Shown piece after piece: positions 1-10,308 of a DNA stretch of 48,119 nt. The DNA comes from Flavobacteriia bacterium (lineage in GTDB: Bacteria > Bacteroidota > Bacteroidia > Flavobacteriales_D > Crocinitomicaceae): NCBI GenBank assembly GCA_009925805.1, contig RFQF01000001.1, positions 1-48,119 on the forward strand, read 5' to 3'. Below the pieces are notes generated by a model. It was not told the origin of the DNA and did no database searches. It was given only the letters and a program-made list of their open reading frames with translations. Both the position numbers and the translations under genes were made by a program. Every line of letters begins with the position of its first letter. Position 1 is the first letter of the stretch.

Positions 1-427
1 TTAACCTAAAAACCAGAGTCGACAAAATCCCTTCCCACGAAAAGTGGGTAAATTTTAGCCGCAAATACTCATTAACCTTTTTTGTTACAGAAGCAATTTA
101 ATTGCGCAAAAGTCGTTTCAAAAAGGTTTACAAAGGTTCGAAAAAAATCCCTCCCTTGAGCACTCCTCCAATATTAAATTTTTACACCCTTCTGGCCCTT
201 TTTTTCTGCAGTTCAACCTGCGCTTATGTTTTCGGGCTTTATCAACATCAAAAAAAGTTATTAAACGCAAAAATGTGTGGTTAAACATGTAAAATACACA
301 GCCATCAATTACAGGTTACCGATTTTAAAATTCTTGAATTATTCCAATAAAAAAGCACTATTTTTTTTTTGATGTTAACACAGGGATGTTGATGGTTTTG
401 GAAGGCTTTGGACAACAATAATTTAGC

Positions 428-1093
428 ATGATAAATAAACTTTTTAATGACGTATTGCATGTGTTTTTTCCGGACCGTTGTTTGCAATGCGGCTATGAAC
501 TTATAGAAACCGAAGCGTTTTTGTGTGTTTTTTGTCATGAAGGACATCAACGCGTCTATTGTTCCCCTTTTACGTTAACGATCTTGGGAGCAACTAACTG
601 TTTTTGTTTATACCATTTCCAGGAGAAAACGCCCACCCAAATTTTAATACACCACTTGAAATATGCATCAAAAAAAGGCATTGGGTTGGAATTAGGGAAA
701 GCCCTAGCCCGAACTGTACCCCCTGAGCATTTACCTCAACTCCTATTTCCCGTTCCGCTTACCTCTAAAAAAAAGTTGTTGCGCGGGTACAACCAAAGCG
801 AATGGATAGGTCGGGGTTTTGAACAACACACAGGAATTAAACTTTGCAGTAACACGTTGATTCGAATTAAACATGCTTCCAGCCAAACCAAACTCAAGAA
901 AGAAGACCGGCTTAAAAATGTAGCAGGAGCCTTTGCTTTGGGGAAGCCTTTGCCACAAGAAATTACGCATGTGGGGATACTGGATGATGTGATTACCACG
1001 GGGGCAACACTGTACCAAGTGGTATCGTTGATTAAGAAGCATTCTCCCGAGGTTCATATTACTATCTTTGCAGCAGCGATTGCAAACAGGTAA
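428..1093 (+). CDS. comF: ComF-family phosphoribosyltransferase-domain protein
   Basis: 221-aa ORF. N-terminal Cys pairs (CLQCG, CVFCH) and C-terminal PRTase motif ILDDVITTGATL. Confidence 0.8.
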   Translation: MINKLFNDVLHVFFPDRCLQCGYELIETEAFLCVFCHEGHQRVYCSPFTLTILGATNCFCLYHFQEKTPTQILIHHLKYASKKGIGLELGKALARTVPPEHLPQLLFPVPLTSKKKLLRGYNQSEWIGRGFEQHTGIKLCSNTLIRIKHASSQTKLKKEDRLKNVAGAFALGKPLPQEITHVGILDDVITTGATLYQVVSLIKKHSPEVHITIFAAAIANR

Positions 1094-1094
1094 T

Positions 1095-2120
1095 ATGAAT
1101 CCAGTGCTTATTGTAGGGGGAGGTATAGCGGGAATCTCCTTGGCGCATGCGCTCTTGGATCGAGGCATCGATTTTCGATTGGTTGATGATGGAAAAAACG
1201 CTTGTTCTTCGGTTGCCGCAGGAATTGTGAACCCCTTCTCCTTTCGTAGAACGTTACTCACATGGAATGCCAACCCCTTCTTTGCAGAGGCGTTGGATTT
1301 TTATCAAAGTGTCGCCGAAAAGCTCGAAACAACCTTTCATACGCCCATAGAAATCCGCCGAGTATTCACCGCTCCCGAGGAACCAATTACCTGGGAACGG
1401 CGAAGGATTGACCCGTTGTTCAGCCCGTTTATGTTGCCTTCCGTTTCTTCAGATACCGCATGGGGACCCTATGGCTCAGGAAGGATTCGTGGTTTTTGGG
1501 TAGATGCCGCGTGTTTTATCCGAAAAAATCATCGTTTTTTTGAATCTCAAGGATTGCTACTTCGGAAATCGTTTGACACGAAGGATTTCAACGAAACGGA
1601 ATTGATGTATCAAAAAGAAACCTATTCCAAGGTCGTTTTTGCGCTTGGATACCGCAACAAGGAGTTGCCTTGGTTTAAAGATGTTCCCGTTCAATCCACG
1701 CAAGGGGAAGTCCTTACCGTACGTTGGCAAAACAAGGACGAACGCACCTCCATACACCGGAAAATATATGCACTCCCTATTGGTCAACAGCATTTTAAAG
1801 TGGGCGCTACGCATAAATGGGATACAGAATCGTTGGTTCCAAGTGAAGAAGCGAAAAAGGAACTGATGGCTAAATTTGAAATATTAACTTCGGATATTGT
1901 AGAGGTTATCGACCAGGAAGTTGGTGTTCGGCCTACCTCCCCCGATCGACGACCTTTCATCGGACAGCATGCCGAAATAGAAGGGCTTTTTATTTTTAAC
2001 GGTTTGGGAACAAAGGGGTATTTAACGGCACCTCCTTTAGCTAAAAGCTGGGTGGAATATTTACTAACCCAGGTTCCTTTAGAAAAATGCGTCGATCCGT
2101 ATCGATTCTTAGGCACGTAA
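1095..2120 (+). CDS. FAD-dependent oxidoreductase (DAO-like)
   Basis: ATG at 1095, 1 nt after the comF stop. N-terminal dinucleotide-binding fold IVGGGIAGISLAHAL. The longer ORF-track start at 1068 overlaps comF. Confidence 0.8.
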   Translation: MNPVLIVGGGIAGISLAHALLDRGIDFRLVDDGKNACSSVAAGIVNPFSFRRTLLTWNANPFFAEALDFYQSVAEKLETTFHTPIEIRRVFTAPEEPITWERRRIDPLFSPFMLPSVSSDTAWGPYGSGRIRGFWVDAACFIRKNHRFFESQGLLLRKSFDTKDFNETELMYQKETYSKVVFALGYRNKELPWFKDVPVQSTQGEVLTVRWQNKDERTSIHRKIYALPIGQQHFKVGATHKWDTESLVPSEEAKKELMAKFEILTSDIVEVIDQEVGVRPTSPDRRPFIGQHAEIEGLFIFNGLGTKGYLTAPPLAKSWVEYLLTQVPLEKCVDPYRFLGT

Positions 2121-2128
2121 ACTTTCGG

Positions 2129-2136
2129 TATTTTTG
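2129..2136 (+). promoter_or_regulatory. Bacteroidota -7 box TATTTTTG upstream of the dCMP deaminase gene
   Basis: Exact match to TAnnTTTG, 6 nt before the ATG at 2143. Confidence 0.5.
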
Positions 2137-2142
2137 TACCCC

Positions 2143-2574
2143 ATGCAAGATTCCAAGAATAAAGAATCCCGTTACGATTTGGCCTATTTGCGATTAGCCT
2201 TTAGTTGGGCAGAATTGTCGCATTGTTCTAGAAAAAAAGTAGGGGCGATCATCGTTAAGGATAAAATGATCATTTCGGATGGCTATAATGGAACCCCTTC
2301 CGGATTTTCCAATGCTTGCGAGGATGAAAACGGTGAAACCCTATGGTATGTATTGCATGCTGAGGCCAACGCCATTCTGAAAGTAGCCAAGTCAACGAAT
2401 AATATGGACGGAGCTACCTTATACTTAACCCATTCGCCCTGCAAGGATTGTAGTAAACTTGTACTGCAGTCGGGAATTAAGCGCTTGGTGTACATGCATG
2501 AATATAAAGACCCCAGCGGCCTCCTTTTTCTGAAAGAAGCGGGGCTTGAAATAATACAGTATAAATCGTTTTAA
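2143..2574 (+). CDS. dCMP deaminase / ComEB-type deoxycytidylate deaminase
   Basis: Zinc-binding motifs HAEANAI and PCKDCSKL. I prefer the ATG at 2143 over the TTG at 2134, which lies inside the promoter box. Confidence 0.85.
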   Translation: MQDSKNKESRYDLAYLRLAFSWAELSHCSRKKVGAIIVKDKMIISDGYNGTPSGFSNACEDENGETLWYVLHAEANAILKVAKSTNNMDGATLYLTHSPCKDCSKLVLQSGIKRLVYMHEYKDPSGLLFLKEAGLEIIQYKSF

Positions 2575-2575
2575 C

Positions 2576-4120
2576 ATGACTGAACCCAAAAAGTTTTATT
2601 ATCCCATGGTTGCTTCGGTTCTGGTGGTTATTGGAATGGCTATTGGATTTTCGCTACGGCCCAAAATGGATAGCCGGAGAGCCAGTAAGTTTGAAGAAGT
2701 CCTTTCCGCATTGGAGGAAAAATATGTAGACAGCGTCGATAAAGACGCGCTGTTTAATCATGCGGTCAATGAAATGTTGCACCAATTGGATCCCCACACA
2801 CGCTACATAAGCCAAGCAAATTTGCTCAAAGAGCAACAAGAAATGATGGGAAGCTTTGGTGGAATTGGGGTAAGATTTCAACGGATAAACGACACCGTTT
2901 GCATTATTTCAGCCATGAAAAACGGCCCGGCTTACCAGGCGGGTATGCGAAGCGGGGACCAAGTTATTTTGATTAATGGAAAATCCTTTACGGGAGCTAA
3001 AATTACGAATGACCAGGTCATGGGAACGTTACGAGGGGAGTTAAATACGAAGGTAAAGGTGAAAGTGCTTCGAAACAAGCAATTGCTTGACCTGGTCATT
3101 AAGCGGGGTGAAATTGCCATTGAAACGGTAGATTCTTATTTTATGTTGGACGCAAAAACCGGATATATCAAAATCAATCAATTTTCAGTTCCAACCCCGG
3201 AAGAATTTCAAAGCGCAGCAAAAAAGCTTTTAGCGGAAGGGATGAACCATCTAGTATTGGATTTACGAGGCAATCCCGGGGGGGTATTAGATGCTGCGGT
3301 TGCCATAGCGGATGAGTTTCTTCCGAAAGGAGCAACTATTGTAACAGTGAAAGGAAAATCAGTACCCACGTATACCTCGTATGCCAAGGAAGGAGGCCTC
3401 ATGGAGTCGATACGTCTTTCGGTATTGGTGGATGAATCATCAGCTTCAGCCTCGGAGGTATTAGCGGGAGCCATTCAAGACAATGATCGAGGTTTGCTGT
3501 ACGGACGAAGAACCTACGGTAAAGGACTTGTTCAACAAGATCAGCTGTTGCGCGATGGAAGCAGCGTGCGTATGACTATTTCGCGCTATTACACGCCCTC
3601 CGGGCGAACCATACAACGACCCTATAAAGGAGGTTATGAAAGTTATATGAAGGATGAACTTAGGTACCGCGAAGGGGAGCTTTTTAATCAAGATTCTATT
3701 CCGATGGACAAAAGCCAAGCCTTTAAAACCAAGAAAGGGAGAACGGTTTATGGAGGAGGAGGAATTGTTCCAGATGTTTTTGTCCCCTTGGATAGCAGCG
3801 AAGTGTCAATGCTTACAAGTTTGCTTTTTACCCATCAAGTTTTTAGTGGCTACGTTTTCAAATTTTTGCAAACACAACCTAACCCTTGGAATTCTGTGCA
3901 AGCACTGGCTAATTACCAATTTACAGATAGGCAGTGGGGCCAATTTAAACGATTTGCATCCGATCAATTGCGTCTAGAGGGGGTTGATTTGCTGATCAGC
4001 CAAGAAAAACAACGGCTTATACCTTGGATAAAGGAAGAATTTTCAAGGCAATTATGGCAGGAATCCAATGAGCTTAGATTTCGGTTAGGCAAGGACCGGG
4101 AGATAACTCGAGCGCTTTAA
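2576..4120 (+). CDS. S41 family carboxy-terminal processing peptidase
   Basis: 514 aa with an N-terminal membrane anchor and a PDZ-like segment. Catalytic region SASASEVLAGAIQD...GRRTYGKG. Confidence 0.85.
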   Translation: MTEPKKFYYPMVASVLVVIGMAIGFSLRPKMDSRRASKFEEVLSALEEKYVDSVDKDALFNHAVNEMLHQLDPHTRYISQANLLKEQQEMMGSFGGIGVRFQRINDTVCIISAMKNGPAYQAGMRSGDQVILINGKSFTGAKITNDQVMGTLRGELNTKVKVKVLRNKQLLDLVIKRGEIAIETVDSYFMLDAKTGYIKINQFSVPTPEEFQSAAKKLLAEGMNHLVLDLRGNPGGVLDAAVAIADEFLPKGATIVTVKGKSVPTYTSYAKEGGLMESIRLSVLVDESSASASEVLAGAIQDNDRGLLYGRRTYGKGLVQQDQLLRDGSSVRMTISRYYTPSGRTIQRPYKGGYESYMKDELRYREGELFNQDSIPMDKSQAFKTKKGRTVYGGGGIVPDVFVPLDSSEVSMLTSLLFTHQVFSGYVFKFLQTQPNPWNSVQALANYQFTDRQWGQFKRFASDQLRLEGVDLLISQEKQRLIPWIKEEFSRQLWQESNELRFRLGKDREITRAL

Positions 4121-4136
4121 GGGCAATTCGCATCCT

Positions 4137-6746
4137 TTACAAGGGATTGATACCTGAGTCTACAAGGGTATCTTTTCTCCAACTTTTTTGAAAACTCAAC
4201 AACAAACTTGGAAGCAAAATAAGGTTAGTGAACATTCCTGTGAGTATGGTAATGGAGATTAACAACCCTAAGGCTTGTGTTCCCCCAAATTGAGACAAGG
4301 TAAATAGGATAAACCCGAAGAACAAAACAATCGAAGTGTATGCCATTCCTAAACCACTGTCCTCAAGCGCTTTTATCAATAGTTCTGATTTGGAAAGTTC
4401 CGGAAATAACTTGATTTCCGTTTTTAATTTAGCCAAAAGTAAAATAGCGTCGTTTACTGTAATGCCAATAGCAATTCCAAAAATGATCAGGGTAGAAGGC
4501 TTCAAAGGAATACCAATAAAGCCCATTAATCCGGCAGTAATGATTAAAGGAACAATATTAGGAATCATGGTAGCAACATTTACGGAGAAAGACCGAAAGA
4601 GCATAAAAATAATCAATGCGATGAGCAAAATAGTGAAAACTAAGGTTTGTAATAAATTGCCAACTAAATATTTAGTGCCTTCAGCGACCACCACGGAAAT
4701 CCCTGTGAATGTTACTTGTATTCGCTGCTTTGCTACAAGTTCCTTGAGTATGGGAAGGGTATTTTTTGCTGCTCGATAGCCGTAAATTTTCTCCGGATTT
4801 TCCTCTAACTCATGTAAAAGCGTCTCATTGCCTTTTGAAACCGCATCAATAAAATCATTGGCCAAGGAAGTGTTTTCCATTAATGAATCAAAATACGGTT
4901 TCTTCCCCGCTTCATAGGAATGCAAGAAACGTTCTAATTGCTTTTGATTTGGATTAAATACTAGGTCAACTTTAGCCTTGAGCGAATCTACTTTATTTGC
5001 AACGATATAGGACCCCAAGTCTTTCATTTGTGCCCTGATGCGCAAGTTCTTTGTGGTTGTGTCGACAAGATCTTTGATGGAAACACGTGAATTATTAACG
5101 CTGTTAAGGTTAAAATTATTCATGTATTCTTTCAAGATCATCAATTCGCGTTTGTTGGGTGTTCGATAATACGAGGAGTCGTTATCGTGCAGGGACATAT
5201 TCAAAAACTTTAACAAATCAATGTAGGATAAGCTCTTCGAAAAAAGGGGTTCTTTACGCAATATTTCTTGAGTCTCCTCCACTTGTCCCATTAACGTTTT
5301 ATTGAATACACCCGAATGCGAACCATAGTTAACGAGAATTTCGAACGGTATGGTGCCTCCAAAATGGTTTTCCATATAGGTAAAATCTTGAGCAAGGGGA
5401 TCTTCTTTGAGGATATCTCCTGTCACGTTTCCGGTCACCTGAATGAAATTCATCCCCCAAATACCGCCAATAACTAAGAAAACAGTAATAACGTAAACAG
5501 CTTTACGACGCTTTTGGACAACGTGTAACAAACCTTGTATGAACTTTTGAGAAGCAGTTTTGGACAAAAAGGCTAAATGTTTAGGTTTTGGAGGCCCAGA
5601 ATAACTCAGAATAATTCCCACAAGAATCAAGGACAAAATAAACACAACCATTACGTTGATGCTGGAAATAATGCCAAATTCTGCCAATCGTTCGCTGCTG
5701 GTAAAGGTGATGAACCCAATGGCCGTAGTTAGATTCATCAGAAAGGTTACAGGACCGATATATTTAAGTGTTACATAGATGCTTTTTGTTTTGTTGGAAG
5801 TCAACAAATATTCTTGATAATACCGGGTAATAATATAAATGATGTTGGGTACGCCAATGATTACCAACAATGGGGGTACTACAGCCATCATCGGAGTAAT
5901 AGGATAACCGAGAAACGCGGCCATTCCTAAGGCCCAAATAATTGAAATACCTACAATGATCCCACAAATGAACATCATCCGAATCGAACGATAGAAGTAA
6001 TAAATGAACGCGATAGAAATGACCAAGGATAAGGTAAGAAAAAGGTAAAGTTCCTGCATGATCCGTTCGGTCATCGTATATCTAAAATGGGGCAGACCGG
6101 TAAAGCGCATGGGCCCTAGAGAACCTTCATATTGTCGAGCTATGGACTCTATTTTAGCCACCACGCGAGCATTTTTTTTATCCTTTATAAATTTCTCGTC
6201 GAGACTAATTAAGATGAGTGAGGCCTTGGCTTTTTCATTATAAAGAATATTATCGTAAAAAGGATTGCTGCGGATTAAATGCCGAATGGCTTCAATGTTT
6301 TTTTCTTTATAGGTAGTATCAAAGAAAACCCGATGCGATACAAATTGTTTTTTCGCATTATTCGTGTCTTTTGTAATGTAAAACAGATTGGCTTCAGAGA
6401 TCACGTGCTCAACCCCAGGGAGGGCTAATATTCTATCCCCAAGTACTTTGAGTTTTTTGAAATTGTCCGGGTTATACAGATTTTTCGAAGAGAAAACCAC
6501 CACCATCGTTGAGCCGTCTTCTCCAAATTGTTGCTTGAATTTTTGATATTCCAATTGAACGGGATGGTCGTTTGGAAGAATAATCCCATACCGGTTATCC
6601 ACTTCGATTTCCGTCACCAAAAAATAACCAAAAAACGAGGTAATAAGCGCAATTATGGCTAAAATGTAGAGTCGATTTCTTAAAACGATGCTTGCAAGTT
6701 TACGCCACATTATGTTGTCAATTTTTAGGAATGAATTGGTGGTCAT
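4137..6746 (-). CDS. MMPL/RND-superfamily membrane transporter
   Basis: 869 aa with two blocks of multiple hydrophobic helices separated by large soluble domains. The start could instead be the internal ATG at 6710 (MWRKLAS...). Confidence 0.7.
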   Translation of the reverse strand: MTTNSFLKIDNIMWRKLASIVLRNRLYILAIIALITSFFGYFLVTEIEVDNRYGIILPNDHPVQLEYQKFKQQFGEDGSTMVVVFSSKNLYNPDNFKKLKVLGDRILALPGVEHVISEANLFYITKDTNNAKKQFVSHRVFFDTTYKEKNIEAIRHLIRSNPFYDNILYNEKAKASLILISLDEKFIKDKKNARVVAKIESIARQYEGSLGPMRFTGLPHFRYTMTERIMQELYLFLTLSLVISIAFIYYFYRSIRMMFICGIIVGISIIWALGMAAFLGYPITPMMAVVPPLLVIIGVPNIIYIITRYYQEYLLTSNKTKSIYVTLKYIGPVTFLMNLTTAIGFITFTSSERLAEFGIISSINVMVVFILSLILVGIILSYSGPPKPKHLAFLSKTASQKFIQGLLHVVQKRRKAVYVITVFLVIGGIWGMNFIQVTGNVTGDILKEDPLAQDFTYMENHFGGTIPFEILVNYGSHSGVFNKTLMGQVEETQEILRKEPLFSKSLSYIDLLKFLNMSLHDNDSSYYRTPNKRELMILKEYMNNFNLNSVNNSRVSIKDLVDTTTKNLRIRAQMKDLGSYIVANKVDSLKAKVDLVFNPNQKQLERFLHSYEAGKKPYFDSLMENTSLANDFIDAVSKGNETLLHELEENPEKIYGYRAAKNTLPILKELVAKQRIQVTFTGISVVVAEGTKYLVGNLLQTLVFTILLIALIIFMLFRSFSVNVATMIPNIVPLIITAGLMGFIGIPLKPSTLIIFGIAIGITVNDAILLLAKLKTEIKLFPELSKSELLIKALEDSGLGMAYTSIVLFFGFILFTLSQFGGTQALGLLISITILTGMFTNLILLPSLLLSFQKSWRKDTLVDSGINPL

Positions 6747-6758
6747 TCAAATAAAATA

Positions 6759-6777
6759 AACCCCGAATTACGGGGTT
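6759..6777 (-). terminator. Rho-independent terminator after the tRNA-Gly/tRNA-Leu pair
   Basis: 7-bp stem AACCCCG/CGGGGTT with a 5-nt loop, followed on the minus strand by the T-rich run TATTTTAT. Confidence 0.6.
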
Positions 6778-6785
6778 ATTATCAG

Positions 6786-6869
6786 TACTCGAGGCGGGAC
6801 TTGAACCCGCACGGGCAAATGCCCACAGGATTTTAAGTCCGGCGTGTCTACCGATTCCACCACTCGAGC
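6786..6869 (-). tRNA. tRNA-Leu (anticodon UAA)
   Basis: Hand-folded cloverleaf. Acceptor GCTCGAG/CTCGAGT, anticodon loop CTTAAAA, long variable arm GGGC-ATTT-GCCC, T-arm GCGGG-TTCAAGT-CCCGC. Confidence 0.9.
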
Positions 6870-6877
6870 AATCCTAG

Positions 6878-6950
<73 letters not shown>

Positions 6951-6981
6951 ATTTAATGTCCATGTATGGACATCAAGGGTA

Positions 6982-6989
6982 CAAAAGTA
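6982..6989 (-). promoter_or_regulatory. -7 box TACTTTTG upstream of the tRNA-Gly/tRNA-Leu operon
   Basis: Exact TAnnTTTG on the minus strand, 31 nt upstream of the tRNA-Gly 5' end. Confidence 0.45.
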
Positions 6990-7018
6990 CGAAAAACATT
7001 TTTTTTACCAAAAATCCA

Positions 7019-9637
7019 TTACCCCCCAATGAGTTTTTTGATTTCATGAAGTTTAATCAAAGCTTCTACGGGAGTTAAACCATTAATATCGATAGACAAT
7101 AAGGCCTCATGAATTTGTTCTAACACCGGATCGTTTAATTGAAAAAAACTCAATTGAACCCCTGGAGCACCTTTCTTTGCTGGAGGTATTTCCGTCGGTA
7201 TTTCCGTTTTTGCATGTAAGGCTTCCAATTCCTTAAGCACAACCTCCGCTCGCGAAACGACCCAATCGGGCATCCCCGCGATCCGCGCCACATGGATACC
7301 AAAGGAATGTTCGCTCCCCCCCTCGACCAATTTGCGCAAGAAAAGGATGTTTTTTCCGATTTCCTTAACCGCCACAGAATAATTTTTTATTCTGGTAAAG
7401 CGCTGTGCCATTTCATTCAACTCATGGTAATGGGTAGCGAATAGGGTTTTTGGACGGTGTTTGGGGTTTTCATGCAAATACTCCGATATAGCCCAAGCAA
7501 TGGAAATACCATCGAAGGTGCTCGTCCCTCGTCCGATTTCATCCAAAATAATCAAACTGCGATCCGACAGGTTGTTGAGAATACTGGCGGTTTCGTTCAT
7601 CTCCACCATAAAGGTGGATTCCCCCGCCGATAAATTATCCGAGGCACCAACCCGTGAAAACAACTTATCAACTACTCCAAGGGTCGCTTTTTTTGCCGGC
7701 ACAAAGGAACCCATTTGGGCTAAAATTACGATCAGAGCCGTTTGTCGAAGCAAGGCGCTTTTTCCACTCATGTTCGGACCAGTAATCATCAATATCTGTT
7801 GTACATCATTGGATAAAAACACATCGTTTGCAACGTAAATTTCACCGGGCTTGAGTGTTTTTTCAATCACAGGATGCCTTCCCTCTTCAATATGCAGCAC
7901 GTGGCTGTCGTTGATTTCCGGACGGCAATAATCCTGGTCTTTGGCCAATTGAGCTAAGCCACACAAAACATCTAATCGCGCTATTGCCTGAGCATTGCGT
8001 TGAATGTCCTCCACATGGACGACCAGGGATTGCACTAATTCTGTATATAATTCTTGCTCAATTTCTAGGATTTTGGATTCTGCCCCAAAGATTTTGGATT
8101 CATAGGATTTTAACTCCTCCGTGATGTAGCGTTCTGCATTCACCAAGGTTTGTTTTCGAATCCACGATTCTGGGACTTTATCTTTGTGCGTGTTACGCAC
8201 CTCTATGTAATACCCAAAAACATTATTATAATCTATTTTCAAACTGCTAATTCCTGTTTCATGGGCTTCACGTGCTTGCAATTCCTCCAAATATTCTTTT
8301 CCACGGGTTGAAATATTGCGCAATTCATCCAATTCGGCGTGCAATCCTTCTCGAATCACCTGACCCTTACCAACATGGATTGCTGGTTCTGTGTCTAAGG
8401 TGTTGTCAATCAGTGAAATTAATTCATGGCAATCGCGAAACGCCTCCAGTAGGTGAACGATGGCTTCGGTGGAGCGGCCCTTGGACAGTGCTTCCCGAAT
8501 TGGGCCTAACAGACTCAAGGTACGATACAAATGCCGCAATTCTCGGGGGTTTACTTTCCCCACCGCTACTTTGGACATTAAACGTTCTAAATCGCTGCAA
8601 TTGGTTAAGAGAGAACGTACCTGCTGCGTTGTCTCGATGTCATGAAGGAGCCAATCTACCGCAGACAAGCGTTGTTCAATGAGCGGAATGTTCGTTAAAG
8701 GCATGATCAACCACCGTTTGAGTAAACGGCTACCCATAGGAGTAACCGTGGTATCAATGACATCCAACAAAGCAATGCCTTGCTCGTGCTGCGGAAACAA
8801 TAATTCCAGATTGCGGAGGGTGAAACGGTCCATCCAAAGGTGTTCATTTTCGTCTATTCGGGAAAATGAGCGAATATGATGCAGGGTGCTCAATTGATTT
8901 TCTTTGACATAATGCAAGGCAGCGCTCGCGGCAATCACCCCAAGGCCGCAATTCTGAACACCGAATCCAAGAAGATTTTTGGTAGCAAAGTGTGTGGTTA
9001 AATGATCGGTTGCAAAATCTTCGGTAAACACCCAATCCTCGAGACGATAATGGAATTCTGTGGGACGTTGCAAGGCCATAAAAGCTTCCTGTTGCTGTTT
9101 TTGGAAAATAATTTCTGCCGGTTTGAATACCGAAAAAAGCTTTTCTATTCGATCCACGCTTCCTTGTCCTAGAAAAAAATCTCCCGTGGAAACATCCAAA
9201 AACGCCACCCCAACCTCTGTTTTACCAAAAAATACTGCCGACAGATAATTGTTGGTTTTTTGGGTTAATAATTGGTCATTGAAAGCTACCCCCGGAGTCA
9301 CCAGCTCCGTTACCCCGCGCTTAACAATGGTTTTAGTCATCTTCGGATTTTCCAACTGATCGCAAACGGCCACCCGTTGTCCTGCGCGCACCAATTTGGG
9401 TAAATAATTTTCTAAGGAATGGTGAGGAAAGCCCGCAAGTTCTATTTCCGCGGCGGCGCCATTTTTCCTTTTCGTTAAAACAATGCCTAGGATTTTAGAG
9501 GTTTTGACGGCGTCTTCACCAAAGGTTTCATAAAAATCTCCTACCCGAAATAATAACAAAGCCCCAGGGTGTTTGCTTTTAATTTGATGGTATTGCTTCA
9601 TCAAAGGAGTTTCATTGCTGTTGTTCGATTTCGCCAA
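7019..9637 (-). CDS. mutS: DNA mismatch repair protein MutS
   Basis: 872 aa. Motifs: N-terminal TPLMKQY and GDFYETF, Walker A GPNMSGKSALLRQ, STFMVEM, DEIGRGTST. The start is TTG at 9637, which is needed to include the conserved TPLMKQY segment. Confidence 0.95.
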   Translation of the reverse strand: MAKSNNSNETPLMKQYHQIKSKHPGALLLFRVGDFYETFGEDAVKTSKILGIVLTKRKNGAAAEIELAGFPHHSLENYLPKLVRAGQRVAVCDQLENPKMTKTIVKRGVTELVTPGVAFNDQLLTQKTNNYLSAVFFGKTEVGVAFLDVSTGDFFLGQGSVDRIEKLFSVFKPAEIIFQKQQQEAFMALQRPTEFHYRLEDWVFTEDFATDHLTTHFATKNLLGFGVQNCGLGVIAASAALHYVKENQLSTLHHIRSFSRIDENEHLWMDRFTLRNLELLFPQHEQGIALLDVIDTTVTPMGSRLLKRWLIMPLTNIPLIEQRLSAVDWLLHDIETTQQVRSLLTNCSDLERLMSKVAVGKVNPRELRHLYRTLSLLGPIREALSKGRSTEAIVHLLEAFRDCHELISLIDNTLDTEPAIHVGKGQVIREGLHAELDELRNISTRGKEYLEELQAREAHETGISSLKIDYNNVFGYYIEVRNTHKDKVPESWIRKQTLVNAERYITEELKSYESKIFGAESKILEIEQELYTELVQSLVVHVEDIQRNAQAIARLDVLCGLAQLAKDQDYCRPEINDSHVLHIEEGRHPVIEKTLKPGEIYVANDVFLSNDVQQILMITGPNMSGKSALLRQTALIVILAQMGSFVPAKKATLGVVDKLFSRVGASDNLSAGESTFMVEMNETASILNNLSDRSLIILDEIGRGTSTFDGISIAWAISEYLHENPKHRPKTLFATHYHELNEMAQRFTRIKNYSVAVKEIGKNILFLRKLVEGGSEHSFGIHVARIAGMPDWVVSRAEVVLKELEALHAKTEIPTEIPPAKKGAPGVQLSFFQLNDPVLEQIHEALLSIDINGLTPVEALIKLHEIKKLIGG

Positions 9638-9717
9638 ATGGGTGGGATTTTAGATTTAAGCTCTAAATTAGCAGGAGTTCATCGAAAATCAAAATCCATC
9701 CATTACGACTTATCAAC

Positions 9718-10263
9718 ATGAACACCAAACGAAAATTATGGGAATTAAACCGCCTTTCCGCAGAAGAATTTTCCCAAAAGGAAAAAATACCCATCGTAGT
9801 CCTCTTAGACGACCTTCGTTCGTTTGAAAACGTAGGTTCTGTTTTTAGAACCGCGGATGCTTTTGCCATAGAGGAAGTCGTCCTGTGTGGAATTACGCCT
9901 AAACCGCCTCATCGTGAAATTCACAAAACAGCCTTGGGGGCTACAGAAACGGTTGCGTGGAAGTATTTTTCAACCACCCTGGAAGCTGTCATGCACTACA
10001 AAAACCAGGGATATTCGATTTTTTCCGTGGAGCAGGCATCCCGTACACAGCCCTTGCATCAATTGAACCTGAGCACCTCGGAAAAAGTAGTGCTTGTTTT
10101 CGGAAATGAGGTGCACGGAGTGAGGCAAGACGTGGTAGACGCCAGCGATGCGGTTATGGAGATTCCTCAATTTGGCACTAAACACAGCTTGAATGTCAGC
10201 GTTTGTGTAGGCATTGTTCTATGGGAATTTTCAACCCAGCTGAATCCAGCCTTAAGTAGTTGA
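9718..10263 (+). CDS. TrmH/SpoU-family RNA 2'-O-methyltransferase
   Basis: 181 aa. SpoU-type motifs: NVGSVFRTADAF, LVFGNEVHGV, IPQFGTKHSLNVSV. Confidence 0.8.
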   Translation: MNTKRKLWELNRLSAEEFSQKEKIPIVVLLDDLRSFENVGSVFRTADAFAIEEVVLCGITPKPPHREIHKTALGATETVAWKYFSTTLEAVMHYKNQGYSIFSVEQASRTQPLHQLNLSTSEKVVLVFGNEVHGVRQDVVDASDAVMEIPQFGTKHSLNVSVCVGIVLWEFSTQLNPALSS

Positions 10264-10308
10264 ACAAAGGGTGGGCAAAAGGTATCCTTGTTGCATGTCA
10301 TGGATTTC

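Noticed and set aside
102-284. A 60-aa ORF in the left-edge spacer.
   Set aside because: It has low-complexity, Lys/Phe-rich composition. There is no promoter box at a sensible distance and no recognisable motif.
743-1273. A 176-aa ORF antisense to the comF / FAD-oxidoreductase junction.
   Set aside because: It is entirely overlapped by two well-supported sense genes. Its composition is typical of an antisense shadow ORF.
4336-4779. A 147-aa ORF antisense within the MMPL transporter gene.
   Set aside because: It is a shadow ORF of a hydrophobic membrane-protein gene with no independent signals.
6956-6973. A perfect 7-bp inverted repeat (ATGTCCA-TGTA-TGGACAT) between the mutS stop and tRNA-Gly.
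   Set aside because: It is short, AT-rich and has no T-tract. It lies downstream of the candidate tRNA promoter box, so it is more likely part of the tRNA precursor leader than a terminator or operator. Too weak to call.
8272-8682. A 136-aa ORF antisense within mutS.
   Set aside because: It lies inside a highly conserved gene on the other strand and has no start context.
10264-10308. A possible hairpin (AACAAAGG...CCTTGTT) between the convergent trmH-like and nadD genes.
   Set aside because: The stem is imperfect (one bulge), the loop is 15 nt, and there is no flanking T-tract. Not convincing as a terminator.
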